A DNA stretch of 56,511 nt, taken from Patescibacteria group bacterium. Its GTDB lineage: Bacteria; Patescibacteriota; Minisyncoccia; Phycocordibacterales; UBA918. The notes beneath the pieces were generated by a model. It worked only from the letters and a program-made list of their open reading frames with translations. It made no database searches and was not told where the DNA came from. The stretch lies in the NCBI GenBank assembly GCA_019745315.1, contig JAIETH010000001.1:259295-315805 (forward strand), read 5' to 3'. The stretch's first letter is position 1. Every line of letters begins with the position of its first letter. Positions 55,342 to 56,511 of the stretch are shown piece after piece. The translations under genes and the position numbers were made by a program.

Positions 55342-56511
55342 TTACATTTCTTCTACCGTTTTAATTCCCATAAGGCCAAAACCATTTTTCAGAACAGTAC
55401 CTACCGCTTCAACGACAGCGAGTTTATGTTCTTCTGCCACACCTCCATCAAGAATGATTTCTTGGTTGTACCAATAATTGAATGCAGCTGATAATTCAAG
55501 GAGATACTGCGCAACATGGTGCACAGAAAGATCCTCACGAGCACGCACCACAGCCTGCGGATATAAGAGGAGGTGACGCGCAACATCTTTTCCATTTTCA
55601 AAAACTCCTACCTTGGGATTTTTACCAAGCGCACGTGCTTTACGCAAAATAGATTGTGTACGCACATAGGTATACATCACGTAAATACCTGAGTCTCCTT
55701 TTGTTTCAATAGATTTTTCAATATCAAATGCAGTGTCTTGTGTGCGCTCTGCTTTAAGTACACTAAACTTTACCGCGGCGATCGCAAGCATTTCGGCGAG
55801 CGCAAACATGCTCACTCCCTCTATTTCTTTATCAAGAACTGTTTTAAGGAGCACATCTCGTACTTCATCTACGACGTCGTCGATTAGTACCACCGTACCC
55901 TCGCGCGATGACATCTTCTTAAAACCTCCGTCTCCATCTTTAAGACCTACGTATCCATACGAGACATGGGTAAAGTCAGAAAGTTTACCAATTCCTAACT
56001 GCTCACACACAGCAAAAAGTTGCCGCATCGCAAGCGATTGATCTGGGCCAATAACCCACACCAAGTGATCAGCTTCATGCTTTTTCTTTTTAAGCGCAGT
56101 GAGCGCAAGATCTTGCGTGATATAGAGAGATGTCCCGTCACGCTTCAACAAAATAGTGTCCGGAATATTGTATGACGCAAGATCTGTGAGAACTGCACCA
56201 TCTTCAAGTTTTTTAAATACACCAGACTCGAGTCCTTTTTCTACATACTCCTTCCCTTTTTTGTAGTGTTCATGCTCATGCCACACAATATCCCAACGAT
56301 TTCCAAGGCGTGTCAGCGTCCGATCCATTCCCTCGTATGAATACGAAAGCATATGTGACCATAACGCCCATACGGCAGCATCTTCTGCTTCCCATGAGAC
56401 CACCATTCCTCGCACCTTCTCCTCTATGGCTGGATCAGCGCAATCTTCTGCGCCCTTCACATAGCACTCACTCACAAAAAGATCTGGGAGCATCGAGCGC
56501 TCTTCTGGCGT
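55342..56511 (-). CDS. argS: arginine--tRNA ligase (5' end outside the window)
   Basis: KRDGT.LY.T.DLA, KMSSREG, GDSG.Y..Y...R..SIL.K, DALR-type C-terminus ending EEM. Confidence 0.93.
   Translation of the reverse strand, partial: TPEERSMLPDLFVSECYVKGAEDCADPAIEEKVRGMVVSWEAEDAAVWALWSHMLSYSYEGMDRTLTRLGNRWDIVWHEHEHYKKGKEYVEKGLESGVFKKLEDGAVLTDLASYNIPDTILLKRDGTSLYITQDLALTALKKKKHEADHLVWVIGPDQSLAMRQLFAVCEQLGIGKLSDFTHVSYGYVGLKDGDGGFKKMSSREGTVVLIDDVVDEVRDVLLKTVLDKEIEGVSMFALAEMLAIAAVKFSVLKAERTQDTAFDIEKSIETKGDSGIYVMYTYVRTQSILRKARALGKNPKVGVFENGKDVARHLLLYPQAVVRAREDLSVHHVAQYLLELSAAFNYWYNQEIILDGGVAEEHKLAVVEAVGTVLKNGFGLMGIKTVEEM

Noticed and set aside
1-56511. CRISPR array or cas genes
   Set aside because: No regularly spaced repeat-spacer series and no Cas motifs were seen.

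Overview
The window looks like a Patescibacteria/CPR (Parcubacteria-like) chromosome segment. This is inferred from gene content: a compact housekeeping set, archaeal-type AspRS, degenerate PriA, a lone VirD4-like ATPase and many apparently leaderless genes. Core blocks are rmuC, truB, aspS, a minimal dcw cluster (mraZ-rsmH-ftsL-ftsI-murF), lysS, greA, mreBCD-mrdA, proS, rseP, frr, a second mreB, murA, priA-def-fmt, hpf and argS. There are two tRNAs, Glu-TTC and Asn-GTT. Just downstream of tRNA-Glu lies a 12.6 kb integrated element (9110-21704) bounded by a 17-bp direct repeat. It encodes a large serine recombinase, TerS/TerL-like proteins, a ParB-methyltransferase and a LexA/CI-like switch, but no recognisable capsid, portal or tail genes. 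Its rightward operon is the best candidate for a new system: DUF2188, a 3-TM protein, a ThsB-like TIR with a long P/T-rich tail ending PSRPWAL, and an overlapping E2/SEC-C protein of the type known from short type II CBASS, with no CD-NTase. This suggests a TIR immune enzyme controlled by ubiquitin-like conjugation. Separately, both tRNA genes are accompanied by degenerate copies of themselves with hairpins inserted at arm junctions. Family assignments are from motif recognition by eye; no database searches were run.
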